In this document: one piece after another, positions 38,991 to 46,856 of the stretch
How the letters are laid out: each line of letters opens with the position of its first letter
Position numbering within the stretch: position 1 is the first letter of the stretch
DNA from: Promethearchaeota archaeon
GTDB taxonomy: Archaea; Asgardarchaeota; Lokiarchaeia; Sigyniarchaeales; SOKP01
DNA: 46,856 nt
Direction: 5' to 3'
NCBI GenBank assembly: GCA_016839745.1
Contig: JAEOTS010000131.1
Location: 1-46,856 of the forward strand
The notes under the pieces: model-generated
Database searches by the model: none
The model's input: only the letters and a program-made list of their open reading frames with translations
What the model was told of the DNA's origin: nothing
Translations under genes and position numbers: made by a program

Positions 38991-39650
38991 TTAGCTACCT
39001 TCTAACTCTTTTCTTAATTTATCTATCTCGTCTTCTAGTTTTGCTTTTGTTCTTATTTCAGGTTCTTCTTCTATCTCGTCAAACTCTGAAATGTAGGCAA
39101 GTTCATCATCCGGTACTTCTGGCATTTGTCCGCCTTGTTCTAAAAGCATTTCCGTCTCAAGTTGGTTTAATTCGTCAGTTACATCAATTGCTAAATCAAT
39201 TTCTGGATCTCCCGCAAGAATTTCAGCAGACTCTTCTATTTCTGCAACATATTCTTCTGAATCTTCTGCAATTTCAGCGATCTTAGTGGGAGCGGCTTTA
39301 CTAGCGATATCTTGTAATTCATCTCTAATTCCGCCCATTAAATCTCCTGTCATTGAAATCATACGGCCTTCATCAATTGCTTCGATCTGGCGTTCTATCT
39401 TAGCCCTAATGTTGTTCGCGCGATCTACCTTCATCTGATACTGTTTATGTTGAATAAGATAGTTTTTAGCTCTGTTTCTCTCTCCTCTCTTTATTGCTAT
39501 TTTAGCGTTCTTTCTTGCAATCTCTGCTCTTTTATTATATGTTTTATTTGCTAACGCGATTTTTCTAATGTGAGCCTTTGCTTTAATTACAAGCTCCTCT
39601 TTTTCTTTATTTTTCCTAGGAAAAAGTTTTCCTTTTAATTTCGCACACAC
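38991..39650 (-). CDS. ESCRT-III Snf7-family protein (Vps20/32/60-like)
   Basis: Basic N-terminal helical hairpin (AKIAIKRGERNRAKNYL), acidic C-terminal half, DVTDELNQLE, MIM2-like MPEVP, terminal helix LEDEIDKLRKEL. Confidence 0.88.
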   Translation of the reverse strand: MCAKLKGKLFPRKNKEKEELVIKAKAHIRKIALANKTYNKRAEIARKNAKIAIKRGERNRAKNYLIQHKQYQMKVDRANNIRAKIERQIEAIDEGRMISMTGDLMGGIRDELQDIASKAAPTKIAEIAEDSEEYVAEIEESAEILAGDPEIDLAIDVTDELNQLETEMLLEQGGQMPEVPDDELAYISEFDEIEEEPEIRTKAKLEDEIDKLRKELEGS

Positions 39651-39789
39651 TTTCTAATCACTCGAAATTTTATGATGTCTCTTTTATAATTATTATGATT
39701 TTATTTACTTAAAAATTTGATAGAATTTAATTTAGTATAATGATTCTTATCAATAAAACTTTCAGAGTCCAAACTTTGATGATTCTAAA

Positions 39790-40893
39790 ATGAAAAAAAT
39801 AATTTTAAATTTCGAGAAAAAAACAGATAATTTTAAAGCTTTAATACAAGAAGCTTTGAACATGAATCTCCTTAATATTTTGCTCTCTAAAGAGACTTAT
39901 CCCGAGTTAAAAAATATTGAACGTATTAATACTTTTACTAAAGATACCGAACTGCCTGTTAAAAATTTAATATTTAAAAATCTTGAAAATCTCAAAAGCA
40001 TTATCAAATTTGAAGCAAAAAGAGGAATTATTTTAGAATTAACGACCAAAGCGGATGAACAAAAAGTGATAGAGCTTTCAAAAATTAACGAAGTTGATTT
40101 TATAATTGTATCAGCAAAAGATTGGAAAATTATACCCTTTGAGAATCTTATTGCAAAAATGCATACTAATGATACAGAACTAATTGCCTCGGTTGAGAAC
40201 TTAAAAGAAGCGGAATTAATGTTAAAAACCCTTGAAATCGGCACAGATGGAGTATTAATTACTCCAATAGAAGTCGATGACATCATTAAATTGAAGAAAT
40301 TGTTGGTAAGTGGATACGATATTGATTTAGCAAGAGCAAAAGTTATCGATATACAAAATATTCCCGAAAGCGAAAGAGTGTGTGTTGATACTACTTCATT
40401 ATTAAGTTATGGTGAGGGGATGCTTATTGGAAGCACTGCAAAAGGATTTGCTTTAGTGCATGCTGAGGTATTCGAAACTCAATTTGTTTCCTCAAGACCT
40501 TTCAGAGTTAATGCAGGGGATGTTTCCGCATATATTTTAGTTCCAAGCGATACTAAAGATGAAATATATCAAACGAAATATTTAAGCGAATTAAAAGGGG
40601 GAGATCGAGTTATTGTTGTAAAAACTAATGGTGAGGCGCGAAATATCACAGTAGGTAGAGTTAAGATTGAGACGCGCCCTATGCTAAGATTAGAATTAGA
40701 AATTGATAAGCAAGGTAAAAAAGTTAAAATAAATTATATCGGGCAAAATGCAGAAACGATTCGATTAGTTAACTCTGATGGTGATCCTGTTTCCATTGTA
40801 GATATTAAGGTTGGAGACGAAGTTTTAGTCCACATCGGTCCTGGCGCAACTCATTTTGGTACAAAAATTGATGAAACTATTGTTGAAAAATAA
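39790..40893 (+). CDS. 3-dehydroquinate synthase II (archaeal aroB')
   Basis: DWKIIPFENLIA, LEIGTDGV, RVCVDT, SRPFRVNAG, YLSEL, VGRVKIETRP, QNAETIRL, ATHFG..IDETIVEK. Confidence 0.95.
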   Translation: MKKIILNFEKKTDNFKALIQEALNMNLLNILLSKETYPELKNIERINTFTKDTELPVKNLIFKNLENLKSIIKFEAKRGIILELTTKADEQKVIELSKINEVDFIIVSAKDWKIIPFENLIAKMHTNDTELIASVENLKEAELMLKTLEIGTDGVLITPIEVDDIIKLKKLLVSGYDIDLARAKVIDIQNIPESERVCVDTTSLLSYGEGMLIGSTAKGFALVHAEVFETQFVSSRPFRVNAGDVSAYILVPSDTKDEIYQTKYLSELKGGDRVIVVKTNGEARNITVGRVKIETRPMLRLELEIDKQGKKVKINYIGQNAETIRLVNSDGDPVSIVDIKVGDEVLVHIGPGATHFGTKIDETIVEK

Positions 40894-40908
40894 ACTGTAC
40901 TAATATTT

Positions 40909-41370
40909 CTAATCACCTTTATAAACAGCAGTAGTGCTTTTTGATTCTTCAAGTTTTACTGTAATTTTTTTATCAGAATAGATCTCTTTTAACTTATCGT
41001 GAACATACTTTGCTAAAAGTTCACTAGTTGTTTCTGGTAATGGCAATAGCTTCACATCCGTTTTAGGAAAAACATAACGCTTATTAGTATTAGTTACAAC
41101 TTCGATTGATTCTAAAGTTTCTGAAATTGTTAGATCGCGAGACAATTTAGGAATCAAAACACGATGATCTAAAGTCTCTGCTATAGTTTTTATTTTTTCT
41201 TTTAATTCAATGAAATCTACAACAAAATAATTCTCGTCTAGTGGAGCCTCTACTTCTACAGATACATAATAATTATGTCCATGAAGCTTTGAGCACTGAA
41301 AGGGCTCTTTTAAAAAATGGGAGGCACTAAACTTTACTTGAGTTGCATTAACTATAGCTTTATAACTCAT
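40909..41370 (-). CDS. queD: 6-carboxy-5,6,7,8-tetrahydropterin synthase / PTPS family (long form)
   Basis: FSASHF, CSKLHGHNY, VVDF, LDHRVLIP, TTSELLA. Confidence 0.88.
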   Translation of the reverse strand: MSYKAIVNATQVKFSASHFLKEPFQCSKLHGHNYYVSVEVEAPLDENYFVVDFIELKEKIKTIAETLDHRVLIPKLSRDLTISETLESIEVVTNTNKRYVFPKTDVKLLPLPETTSELLAKYVHDKLKEIYSDKKITVKLEESKSTTAVYKGD

Positions 41371-41509
41371 AGAATTCTGCTTTCAATTTCTTTTTAAAAT
41401 TTATATATTTTACCCTTAAAAATCATAAAATTTATGTTTTAGATTATTCACTATTTTTTAATTTATATCCTCTAAATATAAATTTATTCCAGAAATAATA
41501 ATCAAAGGA

Positions 41510-43063
41510 ATGTCAGAAAAAATAAAAATTGCAGTTACAGGTGCAAATGGATATCTTGGAATGCAAACGATTAAACTAGCGTTAGAGAGAGATATTTCAG
41601 TAAACGCTATTGTCCGAAGGAGTGAAGTAATTAAATCTGTTAAAAAGAATGGAGTTAAAGCTTTTTTAGTTAAAAACTTTGAAGTAGAAGCCTTAGAGGA
41701 TGCCTTTAAAGGATGTAATGCCGTCATCCATTTTGCTAACATTGTTTGTGGAAGTAGAGCTCTATTTGAAGAAGTTAATATCAACGGGTTAAAAAAAATC
41801 ATTACCGCAGCAGAAAATGTTGGGGTTTCGAGAATAGTTTATCCCTCTGGCCTTGGGGTGGATAAATTCGGCGAAAAAGACTGGGCGAATAATAATTACT
41901 TCTATTCTAAAAACAAAGCAGAAGAATTATTAATTAAAAGTAAGGTTGCTTACATTATTTTTCGACCGTCGTATATTCTTGGTTCAAATGATGAGTTAAT
42001 ACCAGATCTCATTGAACAAATCTATGATGGTAAAGTATACATTGCTGGCGATGGTGAAATACCAATGCAACCTATTTATGTAGAAGATGCAGTAACTGCA
42101 TTTTTAAATGCCTCTCTGGGAAAAGGGGAAAATAATAAAATATATGACTTAGTAGGTTTGCAAACCCTAAATATGAAACGTATAATAGAGATGGTGTGGC
42201 ATTCCATAAAGGCTATAGGTTTGAATATTCCTCCTCCTGTTTATGAATATATCTCTTATGATTCTGCACCTGCAAAGCTAGAAATATGTAAAGAAATGGT
42301 AGATGTAATGAAATGTGATATCATTGCTGATGGTAAAATAGCTGCAGAAGCATTAGGGTTCAAACTATCTCTAGTCGAAGACGCAATTAAGAAAGCCGTG
42401 AAATTAAAATTAACATCCAACAATATAGATCAACAAAACAAAGCTGTATTAATGTTGTCCGGAGGTATCGACTCGGCAACAGCTCTATTTTGGGCTTTGA
42501 GTAAAAATTACGATATAATTGCATTAGCTATGAACTACAAGTGGAGGCCAAAAAAAGAAATAGAGGCTACTAAAAAACTTGTCGAATTAACAGAGGTTCC
42601 TTTAGTTGAAGTATCGGTACCTTATATAATGGGGGCTGTAGATTTAAGGTTCGAGGGTTACCCAATTCCTTCGGCTGAAAATGCTCCTGAAGGTTTCATA
42701 CCTCTAAAGAATTTAATATTTTACTCTATTGCTGCATATTTTGCTAAAGTTTATGGGTGTAATATTATTATTGGTGGACACATTCAAGATGATATCAATA
42801 AATTTTCGGATGTTGGTTTATCTTTTTTTAAATCGTTAGAAAAGATAATTGAAATCTCTAAACATGATAAAGATTTACAAGCTATAGAATTTATAATGCC
42901 CCTATCTAACAAAACAAAGGAGGAAGTGTTTGAATTAGCGAGTGAATTAAAAGTTCCTATTGATGTTACTTGGAGTTGCTACGGAGATTTTGAAGAGCCT
43001 TGTGGCAAATGTTCGTCTTGTATCTCCCGTCAGAAGGCTTTAAAGTTAATTAAAAAGAACTAG
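41510..43063 (+). CDS. Fusion of an atypical SDR/NAD-dependent epimerase domain (aa about 1-300) with a QueC-like 7-cyano-7-deazaguanine synthase domain
   Basis: VTGANGYLG, YFYSK, FRPSYILG, QPIYVEDAV; then AVLMLSGGIDSAT, FIPLKNLIF, TWSCY...PCGKCSSCISR, all in one continuous frame. Confidence 0.85.
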   Translation: MSEKIKIAVTGANGYLGMQTIKLALERDISVNAIVRRSEVIKSVKKNGVKAFLVKNFEVEALEDAFKGCNAVIHFANIVCGSRALFEEVNINGLKKIITAAENVGVSRIVYPSGLGVDKFGEKDWANNNYFYSKNKAEELLIKSKVAYIIFRPSYILGSNDELIPDLIEQIYDGKVYIAGDGEIPMQPIYVEDAVTAFLNASLGKGENNKIYDLVGLQTLNMKRIIEMVWHSIKAIGLNIPPPVYEYISYDSAPAKLEICKEMVDVMKCDIIADGKIAAEALGFKLSLVEDAIKKAVKLKLTSNNIDQQNKAVLMLSGGIDSATALFWALSKNYDIIALAMNYKWRPKKEIEATKKLVELTEVPLVEVSVPYIMGAVDLRFEGYPIPSAENAPEGFIPLKNLIFYSIAAYFAKVYGCNIIIGGHIQDDINKFSDVGLSFFKSLEKIIEISKHDKDLQAIEFIMPLSNKTKEEVFELASELKVPIDVTWSCYGDFEEPCGKCSSCISRQKALKLIKKN

Positions 43064-43112
43064 CTAAGAATTATAAATTTGTACTTGATGATTATAATAA
43101 AATCGTTAAAAG

Positions 43113-44381
43113 TTGAATAATAAAATGATATATTGGGCTCCGTTATTACATATGTATCAACCTAGTTTTCAAGATAGCGAGGTATTACGACAGATAGATA
43201 AAGAATGCTATAAACCATTATTTAGAATGCTAGATGAGCACGACAATGTTAAAATTAGTCTAAACATTAATGCTGTTCTAATAGAAATGTTAGAAGAATT
43301 TGATCTATACGATACCATAGAATTAATAAAAAATCTGGTGTTTGATAATAAAATTGAGATTGTTGGGACCGCAAAATTCCATCCTATCCTTCCACTTATT
43401 CCACAAAATGAAGCTGAACATCAGATAAAAATAAATGAACAAACTATTAGAAAAGAATTTCAACAATGGAAAAGATTGGGATTTTTCCCTCCTGAAATGT
43501 CAATCAGCTCTCAAGTTGCAAAGTTTATTCGCGCAAAGGGGTATAAATGGGTAATGATGAGCGGTATAGCTTGTCCTATCGAATGGCCTAACGATCAAAT
43601 CTATTCTTCCCCGAATGGTTTAATGTTATTCTTTAGAGATGATATTTTAAGCAATAAAATTGCTTTCAACGACATAACAGCAAAAGAATTTGTCGAACAA
43701 TTAGAGGTAAATTTTAACAACGGAAAACATGAAAAAAATGAGGATAAATTCTGCATAACAGCAATGGATTCAGAAACTTTTGGGCATCACGTAAAGAAAT
43801 TTGAGAGGATATTTTTAAGCAAAACTTTTGAGCTTATTAACAATCGAAAGGAAATAGAAATAGAGTTTATTTCTAATTTAAATAAACATTTTCCTATTCA
43901 TAATGAAAAAATAATCCCAAAAGAATCGAGTTGGAGTACCACTTATGACGATATGAAGTTAAATATTCCATATCCTTTATGGAACCATCCTGATAATCGT
44001 ATTCATTCGCTCTTTTGGAAAATTATGAGGAGCTTAAACAATTTAATGAACTTAATAGAAAATATAGATTTGACATTTGACTGGGAAATAGAGAGACATT
44101 ATAATACCGCTAGATGGTTTTATGATAGAGCTATTTGTTCTGATACAACCTGGTGGGCTAATTATGATCGTGGGATGTGGAGCCCAAATTTGATTTATAA
44201 GGGAATAGAATTACTCATGAAATCTGCGTTGAACGCTCAACTTGCTTTAGTACACGCTAATCAATCTGATTTAGGAGAAGGATATTTTGATTCGATTTCC
44301 TTTTATCATAATTTGATATTAATGGAGCTCTACTCAAGAACTAAAACAATTAAGAAATATAGAAAAGTGAATTCCCAGTAA
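43113..44381 (+). CDS. Glycoside hydrolase family 57 protein
   Basis: LHMYQP, HPILPLIP, GFFPPE (nucleophile), FRD..LSN.IAF, AMDSETFGHH (acid/base), SSW, SD..WW. Confidence 0.9.
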   Translation: MNNKMIYWAPLLHMYQPSFQDSEVLRQIDKECYKPLFRMLDEHDNVKISLNINAVLIEMLEEFDLYDTIELIKNLVFDNKIEIVGTAKFHPILPLIPQNEAEHQIKINEQTIRKEFQQWKRLGFFPPEMSISSQVAKFIRAKGYKWVMMSGIACPIEWPNDQIYSSPNGLMLFFRDDILSNKIAFNDITAKEFVEQLEVNFNNGKHEKNEDKFCITAMDSETFGHHVKKFERIFLSKTFELINNRKEIEIEFISNLNKHFPIHNEKIIPKESSWSTTYDDMKLNIPYPLWNHPDNRIHSLFWKIMRSLNNLMNLIENIDLTFDWEIERHYNTARWFYDRAICSDTTWWANYDRGMWSPNLIYKGIELLMKSALNAQLALVHANQSDLGEGYFDSISFYHNLILMELYSRTKTIKKYRKVNSQ

Positions 44382-44525
44382 AAAAAAAGAGAGCCTATTT
44401 CTTATTCCACAATTTGTTAAATGTTAATATATCATTTTGTTTGTATTAAATAACAATAAAATATATAATTTCTAATTTTATATATTAAACTAAGTACGCA
44501 TTACCAGAATAAAATTACATATATA

Positions 44526-45653
44526 TTGAGAATAATGTCAAATGAGAATGAAAAACAGCGAATAACTAAATTTTGCGTGTATTGTGGCACTACAATCGAA
44601 GAAAATACAGCATATTGCCCTAATCCTAAATGTGGAAAATTAGTGATAAAAATAAAACCGGGTGAAGATAGTCTCAAGAAACAAATATCAACACTAGAAA
44701 CAAAAGAAAAGAAAAAACTATCCCGAAAATGTTCGGGATGTGGGTCTATAATAAGTTCCTCGATATTAGAGCAATGTCCTATATGTGATACCAAATTAGA
44801 AAAAATCCCCGAACAAAAAGGTGTTGATCAAGATAAAGAGCCTCAAAGAAAAACTGGTTATGTTTTTAGAAATAAAAAGCTAGTACCAGAACAAAAATTT
44901 ATCTTAAAACGAACCGAATGGAATTTTAGGGAAGGAATAAGTGTTTTCGGTAACTCCTTAATGGTGTATGTTACGATTCGGTTAATTTTAACTATGATAT
45001 TAACTTTACAGTTAGAATCGACAGATTTAATGGAATTGAACATCACAACATTTTTCTTAAGTCAAATTCCAGAAATTATTTTTGGCGTGTATCCCCTGTA
45101 TTACATTCTTTCAAAAAAACACAAAATCCAAAAATTAGGTTTAACGCTAAAAAACAGATATGTTATAATTGCTTTGATTATTGGAATTATTGGAAGTGCA
45201 GGGTTGATATTAATCGACAACTTTTCATCTACAATAATCACCTTTATGTACAATTCGGGTATCAATTTTTTCGACATTAATGCTTATTTAGAAGAGGAAT
45301 ATCTAATTCTTCGAAATACAGATTTAATTCTTATAGTATTACTTATAGCAGTTATGAGTTTATCAGTAATTTCAATCGAAATCGCTTTTAGAGGCGTCTT
45401 ACATAACACTCTAAAAGCATACTTTGATAATGATTTCCTCGGTAGAACTTCAGCAGTTCTCGTAGTCGCTGTGATTTATTCGGCTCTTTTCCTCTTTTTT
45501 ACGCTGCCTATCGGAATCTATTTCTTTATTCCTAATATCATGGTCTTCCTATTTTTAGGTATCATTTATGAAATTAATAAGAATCTACTAAGTACAATCA
45601 TAGCCAATTTAGCCTATAACATTTTCTTAATTATCTTAATTGTATATTTCTAA
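44526..45653 (+). CDS. Double zinc-ribbon plus CPBP/Abi (Rce1-like) membrane domain protein with degenerate catalytic motifs
   Basis: CVYC..CPNPKC and CSGC..CPIC; TM domain with SIEIAFRGVL, IYSALF, FLGIIYE..KNLLSTIIANLAYN. Probable ATG start at 44535. Confidence 0.75.
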   Translation: MRIMSNENEKQRITKFCVYCGTTIEENTAYCPNPKCGKLVIKIKPGEDSLKKQISTLETKEKKKLSRKCSGCGSIISSSILEQCPICDTKLEKIPEQKGVDQDKEPQRKTGYVFRNKKLVPEQKFILKRTEWNFREGISVFGNSLMVYVTIRLILTMILTLQLESTDLMELNITTFFLSQIPEIIFGVYPLYYILSKKHKIQKLGLTLKNRYVIIALIIGIIGSAGLILIDNFSSTIITFMYNSGINFFDINAYLEEEYLILRNTDLILIVLLIAVMSLSVISIEIAFRGVLHNTLKAYFDNDFLGRTSAVLVVAVIYSALFLFFTLPIGIYFFIPNIMVFLFLGIIYEINKNLLSTIIANLAYNIFLIILIVYF

Positions 45654-45772
45654 TTTTTAGATTAATTTTCATTATCATTTAATATATAAATTTAATAATA
45701 AGAAAAATCAAATATCTCTAGTGGTATTATTAGCAACATATGTTCTTTTAAATACGATACGATTTAAACAGC

Positions 45773-46504
45773 GTGGAGAAAGAGATATTGGGTAAAAAGT
45801 ATTATACCAATAAGGGAAGCAAAGACAACATCATTATATCTATTGCTGGAGCACATGGAGTTGGTAAAACGACCATATTTAATCATTTAAAGAATTTTTT
45901 AGGAGAAAATAGTAAATTTAAATTTTTTCCCGAACGATACAAAAAAATTCCTCCTTTTCCTTTTGGATCTGAAAATAAACAGATTGCTTTCCGTAGCGAA
46001 ATTCACTTTCTTCAACAATTAATAAAGAGAAATAAAAATATTACAAATTTTGACAATATCTATAATGGTAGAGTGATAATTTTAGATAGAACGCCTATCT
46101 GCGTCTTAGTCTATTCAAAAAGCCTTTATCTTAAAGAAAAGGACTATAATCTTATCCTTGACATGTATAAATCGGTAAAGTGGAAAGAAGATTATATCAT
46201 ATATCTTACAGCTCAACCGGATACGATATTAAAAAGAATTATTCAAAGAGGCTCTATTGATAAAATTAGAAGAGAATGGAACGAAGACGATAAAAAATAT
46301 TTGCTAGAAATACTCTCCTACTATAATCAGTTTCTTTTTTCTGAAAATCAAACTAAAAAAGTATTTACACTCGATACAAATAATTTAATTTCGGAAGAGG
46401 TAGTAGAAGAGATTAAACGAATAATTACTGATACCTCCGGATATTCCTTCGACAAAATCGATAATACTCCCTCTACGCAGAAGAATTTAAATGATTTCGT
46501 ATAA
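45773..46504 (+). CDS. Deoxynucleoside kinase / thymidylate kinase-family P-loop kinase
   Basis: IISIAGAHGVGKTT, FFPE, IILDRT, IIYLTA.PDTILKRI..RG. Confidence 0.85.
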   Translation: MEKEILGKKYYTNKGSKDNIIISIAGAHGVGKTTIFNHLKNFLGENSKFKFFPERYKKIPPFPFGSENKQIAFRSEIHFLQQLIKRNKNITNFDNIYNGRVIILDRTPICVLVYSKSLYLKEKDYNLILDMYKSVKWKEDYIIYLTAQPDTILKRIIQRGSIDKIRREWNEDDKKYLLEILSYYNQFLFSENQTKKVFTLDTNNLISEEVVEEIKRIITDTSGYSFDKIDNTPSTQKNLNDFV

Positions 46505-46611
46505 GGAATTATGATAAAATATATTAATCTAGATTTTATGATATAAATTAAAAGAATATAAAAATTAACGATTTTTAATAATCTTTAATCCAAAAAGGAA
46601 ACTGATTTGAT

Positions 46612-46856
46612 ATGTCGTCCCTTGTGCAAGGTATACGAGATAATATGATGAAAATTTTAAGATTCGAAGAAGACAGAACTGATTTAGAAAATTTAGCGGT
46701 ATTATCTAGGGTAGGTATGAAAGTCGCTTCTGCTGCTTCATCTGAACTTGACGCAGATGCAACTTCTGCCTCTAGTACTGCGTTAATTGATTTGGGATTA
46801 AGACTAAGTGAAGCAACTGCTCATGGAGCTTTAACAGAAATTATTCTTCACAATAC
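46612..46856 (+). CDS. Roadblock/LC7 domain protein, 3'-truncated (absent from the ORF track)
   Basis: Manual translation MSSLVQGIRDNMMKILRFEEDRTDLENLAVLSRVGMKVASAASSELDADATSASSTALIDLGLRLSEATAHGALTEIILHN..., open to the window end; roadblock pattern (AVLSRVG..VAS, helix, G.L.EIIL). Confidence 0.85.
   Translation, partial: MSSLVQGIRDNMMKILRFEEDRTDLENLAVLSRVGMKVASAASSELDADATSASSTALIDLGLRLSEATAHGALTEIILHN

Noticed and set aside
40909-43063. queD/queC as a dpd DNA-modification or Qat/CBASS defence island
   Set aside because: No DpdA/TGT, QatA/B/D, cyclase or nuclease neighbours; flanks are housekeeping genes. Kept only as an unusual fusion.
622-44794. Short ORF-track entries antisense to or overlapping confident genes (e.g. 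622-897, 8805-9173, 22401-22997, 25241-25666, 39897-40286, 41458-41802, 44501-44794)
   Set aside because: Shadow ORFs lying on well-supported genes, with no recognisable motifs.
1-46856. CRISPR arrays, tRNA/rRNA genes, transposases, integrases or a prophage
   Set aside because: No regularly spaced repeats, no GC-rich structured RNA segments, and no mobile-element protein motifs seen by eye; small ncRNAs cannot be excluded without covariance searches.

Overview
AT-rich archaeal chromosomal window, almost certainly from an Asgard archaeon (Lokiarchaeia-like). This rests on archaeal markers (Ftr, Mtd, Mch, 3-dehydroquinate synthase II, L35Ae/eL33, RecJ/Cdc45-type DHH protein, TrmB, archaemetzincin) occurring together with many eukaryotic-signature proteins (Rag-type GTPase-roadblock fusion, Rab-like GTPase, two stand-alone roadblock proteins, ESCRT-III/Snf7, presenilin). 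It holds about 43 CDS, two of them truncated by the window edges. I recognised no rRNA, tRNA, CRISPR array or mobile element. The best candidate for a novel system is a 701-aa protein combining a Cys-rich Zn cluster, a coiled coil, a GLUE/GRAM-like PH domain, an N/Q/P/Y-rich disordered region and a TSG101/Vps23-like steadiness box, encoded tail-to-tail with a Snf7/CHMP4-type ESCRT-III gene, possibly a minimal two-gene ESCRT module. Other leads: an SDR-QueC fusion with diverged QueC motifs divergent from queD; a nucleoside/nucleotide kinase ending in a PCNA PIP box; head-to-head MTAP paralogues, one with a Zn-ribbon inserted in the active-site loop; a catalytically degenerate zinc-ribbon CPBP/Rce1 pseudo-protease; an internally shortened FrhB-like protein; and a visible palindromic operator for a TrmB regulator. 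All family assignments come from motif recognition by eye, not database searches.
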